This document shows, piece by piece, positions 56,855 through 64,000 of a DNA stretch of 64,000 nucleotides. Position 1 is the stretch's first letter. Each line of letters opens with the position of its first letter. The notes beneath the pieces were generated by a model. It searched no databases and had not been told where the DNA came from. It was given only the letters and a program-made list of their open reading frames with translations. The translations under genes were made by a program, and so were the position numbers. Origin of the DNA: Acidimicrobiia bacterium (GTDB lineage: Bacteria; Actinomycetota; Acidimicrobiia; Spongiisociales; ZC4RG35); contig OZ244034.1 in NCBI GenBank assembly GCA_965215185.1, positions 2,752,001 through 2,816,000 of the forward strand, given 5' to 3'.

Positions 56855-57756
56855 ACAGCCGCGGCGTCGCCCGGCAGGAAAACATCCGCCAGGATCGCTA
56901 CGGGTTTCTGCGGTGGAGGGTCCTCCCACAGCCGGGCTGGGAGCAGTGGTGGGATCGCATCGTGGTTCCCGAGGGGATCAAACAACGGCTGGATGATTAT
57001 TCTCGCCAGTCGATCCTCTTGCGGGCAAAATTCACGCAGGTAGGGATGCCACTGCATGGACTGGTTCTTCTGTATGGGCCGCCTGGAACCGGCAAGACTT
57101 CGCTGGCCAAGGGTTTGGCGAACCGTTTGGGGCAGCATTTCGGTGAGATCATCTTCGCGGAGGTGGACGCCCACGCCATGCCTTCGCAGATGTTGGGCGA
57201 AAGCCAGCGCAACGTGGCCAATCTGCTGGAAAAATCCATCCCCGAACTGGCTGCCAAGGAGATGCCGGTGGTGGTGCTGATCGACGAAGTCACCTCAATG
57301 GCGGTCAACCGGCAGATGGCAATGGGCGGTACCGACCCGGTGGACGTTATCCGCGCCACCGACGCCGCTCTCCAGGGGTTGGACCGATTGGCCTACGATC
57401 ATCCCAATGTCCTGTTGATTGCCACCTCCAATTTAGAGGGCGCTATCGACGAGGCGGTGATGAGCAGGACCGATCTGGTAGTGGAGGTACCGGTTCCCGA
57501 CCTGCAGGCCCGTACCGAGATCCTCGCTGACAGTCTCTCCGAACTTGGCTCGGTGCTCAACTCTCAGTTCTCGGGTGTGAATGTAAATCGGAGTGAACTC
57601 CATGAATTCGCAGCCGAGTTAAATGGGCTGTCCGGTCGTCGAATACGCAAACTGGTCTTTGAGGCGGTGTTGGCAGTGCAGTCCCATGAGGGTGCTCTGG
57701 GTGTTGGTCATCTCCGGTTGGCGGCCGCCCGTTCCACTTCCCTGGTGAGGATGTAA
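56851..57756 (+). CDS. AAA+ ATPase, Pch2/TRIP13-like
   Basis: Walker A GPPGTGKTSL, Walker B VLIDEV, sensor-1 ATSN, AIDEAVMSR; GTGA overlap with the cupin stop. Confidence 0.85.
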   Translation: MNSRGVARQENIRQDRYGFLRWRVLPQPGWEQWWDRIVVPEGIKQRLDDYSRQSILLRAKFTQVGMPLHGLVLLYGPPGTGKTSLAKGLANRLGQHFGEIIFAEVDAHAMPSQMLGESQRNVANLLEKSIPELAAKEMPVVVLIDEVTSMAVNRQMAMGGTDPVDVIRATDAALQGLDRLAYDHPNVLLIATSNLEGAIDEAVMSRTDLVVEVPVPDLQARTEILADSLSELGSVLNSQFSGVNVNRSELHEFAAELNGLSGRRIRKLVFEAVLAVQSHEGALGVGHLRLAAARSTSLVRM

Positions 57757-59048
57757 TGACAGCGCTGGTTACCGAGATACTCAGCCGTATAGACGAGTCG
57801 CGAGAAGATCTGGCCGAATTGGCCCTTCGTTTGGGCAACACTTACGGCCCATTGGGTAATGAAGAACCAACCGCGCGGGCGGCGCATGAGTGGTATCTGG
57901 AAAACAGGATGGAAAGCCACTTGGTTCCCATGATCGAAGGCAGGGCTAGCACTGTGGGAAGGGTGCGGGGGTCGGGTGGGGGAAAGTCGCTGATATACAA
58001 CGCCCATCTCGACACCGAGGCGTCTGGACCTGACTACGACCTGTTGATGGCGGTGCCAGATCCCAACCGGGTGGGTGCTCGACGAGAAGGCGACAAAATC
58101 TTTGGGCACACTGTTCAAAATGACCGAGGGTGCATGTCCGTTCAGATGATTGCCGGACGGGCGCTGCAGGATGCTGGTGCTCCCTTGCGGGGTGATCTTC
58201 TGCTCAAGTCGGCTGCGGGAGAGACCGGATCGTCACCAGTGGACGAATACCAGGGAGCCCGTTACGAGTCGAAGGGATTCGGCACCAACTGGCTGCTGGA
58301 GCATGGGTACGGTGCCGATTACGCAGTGATCGCCGAGACCACTGACTTTTCCGCATCCTGGGTGCAGTGCGGCGCCGCCTATTTCAAGATAACCGTCCGG
58401 GGCCGGAATATGTACACCCCTCGCTTGGAGCGGCCATCGAAGCTCTCCGAGCATCCCAACGCCATCGTGCGAGCGGGCGTTCTGATCGGGGCCCTGGAGC
58501 AGTGGGCGGTCGAATATGAAGCATCGCGGGCTATCGAGACCCCTTGCGGCACCATGCGACCCAAGTCGCAGATAGGAGCGATGAGAGGCGGAATACCGTG
58601 GCGGCCCAACCGGTCCTCGACCTATGCGGCCCTATATATGGATGTGCGTACCCGACCGGGGGACCTTATCACGGAGATCACCGCCTCTCTACAGCAGGCG
58701 ATAGCCGACACCGGCTTGGATGCTGAATTGCGACTGATAATGTTCAAACCCGGTTATGCCGCCTCCTCCGAGAAGATCAGGCCCCTATTGGGCGCCATCG
58801 GCGACGCTCATCGCCATGTCCGGGGAGAGGAGATGCCGGAGCGGGCCGAATCGGCGGTGGTCTCGATGTGGCGGGACACCAATGTGTACAACCGGGTCGG
58901 CATCCCTGCCCTCACCTTCGGTCCGAGCCGGGGCCGGGCGGCGGTGCAGGGGACCGGTTACATGCATTTGGACAACATGTTGGAGGGGGCCAAGATCTAC
59001 GCTCTCACTGCCCTATCCATCTGCGCCGCGGTGTCGCCCTCCTCGTGA
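57756..59048 (+). CDS. M20/ArgE-DapE family metallo-hydrolase (divergent)
   Basis: GSGGGKSLIYNAHLDT, NDRG, IAETT, ITVRG, NAI, GIPALTFGP; TAATG coupling. Confidence 0.8.
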   Translation: MTALVTEILSRIDESREDLAELALRLGNTYGPLGNEEPTARAAHEWYLENRMESHLVPMIEGRASTVGRVRGSGGGKSLIYNAHLDTEASGPDYDLLMAVPDPNRVGARREGDKIFGHTVQNDRGCMSVQMIAGRALQDAGAPLRGDLLLKSAAGETGSSPVDEYQGARYESKGFGTNWLLEHGYGADYAVIAETTDFSASWVQCGAAYFKITVRGRNMYTPRLERPSKLSEHPNAIVRAGVLIGALEQWAVEYEASRAIETPCGTMRPKSQIGAMRGGIPWRPNRSSTYAALYMDVRTRPGDLITEITASLQQAIADTGLDAELRLIMFKPGYAASSEKIRPLLGAIGDAHRHVRGEEMPERAESAVVSMWRDTNVYNRVGIPALTFGPSRGRAAVQGTGYMHLDNMLEGAKIYALTALSICAAVSPSS

Positions 59049-60235
59049 CGCTACCCCGTCCGGTTGGATCACTTCTTCGGTACGAGTGGATGGCGCATCT
59101 GGGGGGAATGGCGGTAATAACCGGCGTTCAACTGATCTCTCCCGCCCTCCCGGCCCTAGCCGAACGCTTCGCCCTGTCGGAGTCGGAAGTCTCTTTGGTG
59201 ATCAGCGTCTATCTGATCCCAGCAACCTTGGCTTCGGTGCCGGCGGGGTTTTTGGCTGACCGGTTCGGAAGACGGTGGGTGTTCGGGACGGGCCTGTGTC
59301 TGTTCGGTGTGGCGGGGGTGCTCCTGCCTGTGGTGGCGCAAGAGTCCTACGGGGCTCTACTGGTGATCAGGTTCGTGCAGGGATTGGGATTCGCTCCTGC
59401 TTTTCCTCTCACCATCACCATTCTGGGTGATCTCTACAAGGGTCCGAAATTGGTGGGCGCACTAGGGCGGCGGTCGGTATTGATGTCGGTGGCAGACGGC
59501 GGATACCCCATCCTGGGAGGGATCTTGGTGGGGCTTTCGTGGTTGGCGCCTTGGTATCTGCAGGCCGTGGCTCTTCCGATCGGATTGATGGTGCTGTTCA
59601 GTTTTCGGGATTGGGTGCCGCTGGGCACTCAGGGTGGCATGGGCGGTTTGCGCTGGTTGTGGCGCTCGGTGCACTCCAAAGGCATCCTGTCTCTCCACTA
59701 TGTGAGTTTTCTCCGATTCTTCGCCAAATTCGCTTTGCTCTCGTACCTTCCGCTTCTGCTGGTGATATCCCGGGGCTTGACAGCCGCCCAAGCCGGTTTG
59801 ATATTGGGCACGGCCGCCTTGTCTGGGACCTTGGGAGCGGCCATGAGCGGATGGTTGGCCCGCATTGGCCCCGCATCTCGGTGGGTCATTGCGGGAATGG
59901 TCATGCAGGGTTTGGGATTGGTGATAATGGTTTTTGTGGCCCAGATCTGGATGCTGATGACGGTGGCAGTGTTTTACGGGCTGGCCGACGGCGTCCTCGG
60001 GACGTTTGTCAACGCTTATCTGGCGTCGGCGACCGACCCCGAGCACCGGGCCAGTCTGGTAGCCGCCAATGGCGCCATAAAGAATTTCGGAAAGCTCTTG
60101 GCGCCCCTCCTGTTAGGGGTGCTGGTGCTGGTGGTGCCGCTCTCGGTGGGGTTCACCGCAGTGGCGGCTGTGTTGGTGATCTCGGCGCCTGCCGCGGCGC
60201 CGTTGCGGGCCTACGATTCCCGGATTTCAAGATAG
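59045..60235 (+). CDS. MFS transporter
   Basis: ISPALP, GFLADRFGRR, RFVQGLG; GTGA overlap. Confidence 0.88.
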   Translation: MTLPRPVGSLLRYEWMAHLGGMAVITGVQLISPALPALAERFALSESEVSLVISVYLIPATLASVPAGFLADRFGRRWVFGTGLCLFGVAGVLLPVVAQESYGALLVIRFVQGLGFAPAFPLTITILGDLYKGPKLVGALGRRSVLMSVADGGYPILGGILVGLSWLAPWYLQAVALPIGLMVLFSFRDWVPLGTQGGMGGLRWLWRSVHSKGILSLHYVSFLRFFAKFALLSYLPLLLVISRGLTAAQAGLILGTAALSGTLGAAMSGWLARIGPASRWVIAGMVMQGLGLVIMVFVAQIWMLMTVAVFYGLADGVLGTFVNAYLASATDPEHRASLVAANGAIKNFGKLLAPLLLGVLVLVVPLSVGFTAVAAVLVISAPAAAPLRAYDSRISR

Positions 60236-60263
60236 GAGGCCGGATTTCTACCCTGGCCTGCGT

Positions 60264-60279
60264 AGATAGGATACAATAG
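60264..60279. promoter_or_regulatory. degenerate second copy of the operator
   Basis: AGATAGGATACAATAG matches the 55778 palindrome at 12 of 16 positions. Confidence 0.5.
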
Positions 60280-60355
60280 CCAATTTGATCCAGCCTTGGG
60301 CTTCGGCCTAATAGTTTGACAGAGAAAATAAGCAAACAAGTGAAGGAGATTCAAA

Positions 60356-60433
60356 GTGCGACAAAGATCTTGGTTATCGGCCTTGGCCGTGCTCATGGCC
60401 TTCGCGTTGGTGGCGGCTGCCTGCGGCAGGTGA
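60356..60433 (+). pseudogene. orphan lipoprotein signal peptide (remnant of a deleted lipoprotein, probably a substrate-binding protein)
   Basis: RBS GAAGGAG then GTG; MRQRSWLSALAVLMAFALVAAACGR* with lipobox AAAC. Confidence 0.7.
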
Positions 60434-60618
60434 CAATCGTTGCCGAGAGAGGTGACGGAGTGGGGTCGTACGGCGCCAAAGGCAGGGGAGAGGGAACTCT
60501 CAACCCGATTGGAGGAGCCACTGCTGCGGCTGTGGCCCGGGCGATAGGCCGTTGGCCCGATAGATTGCCGCTCACCCCCGAGCGGGTGTGGCGCCTGATG
60601 AGAAATGGTGACAGCTAA
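60430..60618 (+). pseudogene. C-terminal remnant of a xanthine dehydrogenase-family molybdopterin-binding subunit
   Basis: GDGVGSYGAKGRGEG...AAAVARAIG...LPLTPERVW; TAA overlaps the GntR ATG. Confidence 0.8.
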
Positions 60619-61310
60619 TGGATTTAAGCCGTTTGGAGCCGTGGCTAACAGAGGCGCGCCAACGTTTTCGCACAGCCGAGGATATGGTCACCGGGGTTCT
60701 CAGGGAAGCGATCATCACTGGCGTGCTCAGCCCCGGTGAGCGTCTTCCTCAAGATCAACTCGCCGAATTGTTGATGGTGAGCCGTATGCCGATCAGAGCG
60801 GCGCTGCGTCAGTTGGACTCCGAGGGCTTGGTGGTCAACATCCCCCATCGGGGCGCCACAGTGCGGGAGTTATCGCCCACCGAGTTACGGGAGTTGTACG
60901 AACTGAGAGTGGTGGTGGAGTGCTTTGCCGTCCGACGCTCGGTGGTGGCCGCCTTCCCCTCCGACCTGCTCGAATTGGCGGAGTTGGCCGAAAGCTGTGA
61001 GAGCGCCGAGGAGGGGGAGGAGTGGATTCAGCAAAGATGCGCCTTCTACCGCCGCCTGTACGCCATCGGGAACGGCGTCAGGGTGGTGGACACGATCATG
61101 ACCCTTCGAGCGGAAGTCAGCCGTTATCTGCTGGAAAAGAGATTCTGTCCGGGGTGGCATCGTGAACTACTGGAGAATCTGGCCACGGCGGATACGGAGG
61201 GAGCCGCCCGGTTCTTGGAAGACCACCTGATGGAGGTCCTGGAGTCCATGGAAGAAGAGATATCGGTGGCGGACCGCTGGAACAAGGCGATTGACGGGAC
61301 CAAGAAATGA
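60618..61310 (+). CDS. GntR-family (FCD) transcriptional regulator
   Basis: LREAIITG.LSPGERL...VSRMPIRAAL..L.SEGLV..PHRGA; C-terminal FCD-like region. Confidence 0.9.
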   Translation: MDLSRLEPWLTEARQRFRTAEDMVTGVLREAIITGVLSPGERLPQDQLAELLMVSRMPIRAALRQLDSEGLVVNIPHRGATVRELSPTELRELYELRVVVECFAVRRSVVAAFPSDLLELAELAESCESAEEGEEWIQQRCAFYRRLYAIGNGVRVVDTIMTLRAEVSRYLLEKRFCPGWHRELLENLATADTEGAARFLEDHLMEVLESMEEEISVADRWNKAIDGTKK

Positions 61311-62258
61311 AAGAGGAGCAGGTCGTCTTCTACAGGGGCGGGGAGCGGGTGGTTGGGGATCTGTATCTTCCTGAGGCCGGAAAGGGTGAACCTCGCCCGG
61401 CGGTGGTGCAGGGGACCGGGCTGGATGGGTTTGCGCACCGCCCGGCTCTATCGTCCCTATCACGAGGCTTTCCTGGCGGCGGGAATCGTGGTCCTCGTCA
61501 TCGACTACCGAGGGTGCGGGGACTCCGATGGCGACCCGCTGGGGTTCTCGCCCCGCCGACAACTGGAGGATCTCACCAACGCCGTGACCTATCTCACCAC
61601 CCGACCCGAGGTGGACCCCGACCGAATCGGGGTGTTTGGATCAGGGGGGACGGGGGGCGGCAACGCCGTATGTCTGGCAGCCACCGACCAGCGGGTGCGG
61701 TGTGCGGTGGCCCAGGTGCCCGTCTCCGACGGCCGGGATTGGCTGCGCAGGATGCGACCCGCGTATGAGTGGTATGAGTTCCTGGAGCTACTGAAGGCAG
61801 ACCGGGTTCAAAGAGTCACCACCGGCCAGGGGGATCTGGTGCACTCCCAGCAAATCATGATCCCCGCTCCCGAGCGGAGGGCCACCACCATCAAAAAGGA
61901 CGTGGATTCCCGGGTTCCCACCCTGCTGCCGTTGGCTGCGGCGGAAGAGATTATGGCCTATAGACCTATCGACGTGGTGGACCGGATAACTCCGCGACCA
62001 CTTCTGATAGTGGCGGTGGAAGACGATCCGGTCACTCCCACCCAGCACGCGGTGGATCTGTACGAACGGGCGGGTCCGCCCAAGAAACTGATCATTCAGC
62101 GGCACACCACGCACTACGCCGCCTATCGACAGTATGGGAAGACGATCATTCCCCAGATGGTGGATTGGTTTCGCATACATTTATCGACAACCCGGATACA
62201 GGCTGTTGAAGCGACCACAGGTAAAGAGAAGCACATGGTTATCAAGGAGATCGCATGA
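61307..62258 (+). pseudogene. alpha/beta hydrolase (X-Pro/acetyl-xylan esterase-like) with a 1-nt frameshift
   Basis: N-terminal VVGDLYLP..PAVVQG in one frame, then GPGWMG..DYRGCGDSDG..DPDRIGVFGSGGTGGG in the next; shift at the GGGG run near 61411-61414. Confidence 0.7.
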
Positions 62259-63646
62259 ACATCACCAGAGTTGTCAGAGGAGCCTCGGTGGTAAGGGACG
62301 GGTCTTTGACCAAGATGGACATTCTGGTGGGGGGTGAGCGAATCGTCGGTCTTACCTTGCCGGATACCATCACGCCCCCTTCCTCGGCCGAGGTGATAGA
62401 GGTCGATGGGCTGTGGGCCCTCCCTGGAGGGGTAGACGTGCATGTCCACCTCCGGGAGCCAGGCTACACCCATAAAGAGGATATCAAAACCGCCACCGCC
62501 GCGGCGGCAGCGGGCGGATACACCACCGTGTTCGGGATGCCCAATGTGAAGCCGCCCACCATGACCGCCCCCGATCTGTGGGCTGCCTTGGCTCTGTACG
62601 ACCAAAAGAGCCTGGTCGACTACAACCACAACCCTGCCGCCAAGCAAAGAGAAGAATTAGCGGAGATGGCCGAGATGGGGATCGCCGCCTATAAAATCTA
62701 CATGGTGGCGGACACCGGGCGGTCCTATCCGCACCCGGCCGCCATCGGGGTTCATGACCACGGCCACCTCCTGGAGGCGATGCAGACCGTGGCCGCCACC
62801 GGGTTGCCCCTGATGGTGCATCCTCATGACCAGCGTATCGAAGAAGTGGTGGAGCAGCGTTTCTGGGAGAAGGGGGATCGGTCTCCGGAGGCGTATGCCC
62901 GTACCCTGATGACCGGGGACGGGATCCTGTGGGACACCGCCACCTCCTTGTTACTCCGTATGGCGGAGGCCACCGGCTGTCGGTTGCACCTCGTGCATAC
63001 CACCACCAGCCGTCAGGTGGAGATGATCCGGGCGGCCCGAAAGCGGGGGGTGAAGGTTACCTGTGAGGCAAATCACTGGACATTGTTCCTGGCTACCTGG
63101 GAGTTGGTGCAGGAACTGGGGCCCTATGTTCTCTCCTATTGGGTGCCCGAGCACCATCAGCAGGCCGTTTGGGAAGCCTTGGCGGACGGCTCGATCGACA
63201 TGGTCGCCTCCGATCACGCTCCCCATACCAGGGCTGAAAAGGATGTGGGGTATCAGGACATGTGGGCCGCTCACACCGGTTCCCCCGGCGTTCAATATCA
63301 GCTGCCGCTGCTGATAGATGCCTATCACCAGGGCCGTATCTCCCTCGCTCGGCTGGTGGACGCGGTAGCCGCTGCTCCCGCCCGTCTGTTCGGCCTCTCC
63401 CGAAAGGGCCGGATCACCCCGGGCGCCGACGCCGACCTGACCCTGATCGATCCCAACCGGGAATGGACCATCACCAACGATTCAGTCCTCTCCAAGATCG
63501 ACTGGACTCCCTACCACGGACGGACCATCCGGGGAGCTGTGGAGCGCACCATGGTGCGGGGAACCGACGTATTTGTTGGTGGAGAAATAGTGGGGGAGCC
63601 CGGCCACGGCCGCCAAGCGGTTCCCGATTCGATGGAGAGGAACTAA
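62255..63646 (+). CDS. cyclic amidohydrolase (dihydroorotase/allantoinase family)
   Basis: DVHVHLREPG, MPNVKP, AYKIYM, LHLVH, ASDHAPH, GADADL, WTPYHG. Confidence 0.9.
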   Translation: MNITRVVRGASVVRDGSLTKMDILVGGERIVGLTLPDTITPPSSAEVIEVDGLWALPGGVDVHVHLREPGYTHKEDIKTATAAAAAGGYTTVFGMPNVKPPTMTAPDLWAALALYDQKSLVDYNHNPAAKQREELAEMAEMGIAAYKIYMVADTGRSYPHPAAIGVHDHGHLLEAMQTVAATGLPLMVHPHDQRIEEVVEQRFWEKGDRSPEAYARTLMTGDGILWDTATSLLLRMAEATGCRLHLVHTTTSRQVEMIRAARKRGVKVTCEANHWTLFLATWELVQELGPYVLSYWVPEHHQQAVWEALADGSIDMVASDHAPHTRAEKDVGYQDMWAAHTGSPGVQYQLPLLIDAYHQGRISLARLVDAVAAAPARLFGLSRKGRITPGADADLTLIDPNREWTITNDSVLSKIDWTPYHGRTIRGAVERTMVRGTDVFVGGEIVGEPGHGRQAVPDSMERN

Positions 63647-63649
63647 ATC

Positions 63650-64000
63650 ATGGAGTATGGACTGCTGTTACCCCATTTCGGTCATCACACCGACCGGGAC
63701 ATGCTCTGGCAAGGGGCAAGAAGAGCGGAGGAACTGGGTTTCGATTCGCTTTGGGTGAGGGACCACTTGATGTTCGAGCCGCACGGGGAATTCGAAGCGC
63801 CCAACCGGAACTTCCTGGAACCCTTGACGGTGTTGACCTCGGTGGGATCGGTCACCTCCTCGGTCAAGCTTGGGACTGCCACGCTAATCCCCTACCGCCA
63901 TCCGCTGGTGGTGGCTGCCACCTTGACTTCCATCGATTCGGTGGTGGGGGGTGGCCGGCTGATCACCGCCTGGGGCGCTGGCGGTTACGACTTTGAGTTC
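63650..64000 (+). CDS. LLM-class (luciferase-like) flavin/F420-dependent oxidoreductase, runs off the window
   Basis: MEYGLLLPHFG...AEELGFDSLWVRDHL...EPLTVL...KLGTATLIPYRHP; no stop before the window end. Confidence 0.88.
   Translation, partial: MEYGLLLPHFGHHTDRDMLWQGARRAEELGFDSLWVRDHLMFEPHGEFEAPNRNFLEPLTVLTSVGSVTSSVKLGTATLIPYRHPLVVAATLTSIDSVVGGGRLITAWGAGGYDFEF

Noticed and set aside
55826-59048. Type III CBASS defence system around the TRIP13-like ATPase
   Set aside because: No CD-NTase, HORMA or effector-like gene is recognisable; all neighbours are metabolic enzymes
60316-60618. 100-aa ORF as a real small protein
   Set aside because: Its N-terminal half is an off-frame reading of a signal-peptide remnant and its C-terminal half is a Mo-enzyme tail, so it is a deletion chimera

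Overview
A GC-rich bacterial chromosome segment. Gene content and protein style suggest Actinomycetota, possibly Acidimicrobiia; this is an inference. Core genes: a caa3-type cytochrome oxidase operon (ctaC-D-E-IV-ctaG), lgt, a DAHP-synthase-like/chorismate mutase fusion, tRNA-Glu, a dsbB/thioredoxin pair, rpiB, murA, meaB, menB-menA, serA-like plus DUF1015, gltB, a dispersed SUF system with two sufC, udgB and fumC. There are two accessory catabolic loci, both with decay lesions. Locus 1 (about 12-18.4 kb) holds a cupin, an SDR, a ceramidase-like hydrolase and a broken peptide-type ABC transporter. Locus 2 (55.3-64 kb) is a translationally coupled cluster: bicupin, a Pch2/TRIP13-like AAA+ ATPase with no HORMA or CD-NTase partner, a divergent M20 enzyme, MFS, a deletion scar, GntR, a hydrolase, a cyclic amidohydrolase and an LLM oxidoreductase, with VanO-like operators. 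Strongest candidates for new biology: the TRIP13-like ATPase in a metabolic operon, a Phe/Tyr leader-peptide attenuator upstream of an apparently catalytically degenerate DAHP synthase-chorismate mutase fusion, and a possible copper-handling module beside the oxidase. No CRISPR array, transposase, integrase or rRNA was seen. All family calls come from reading motifs, not from database searches.
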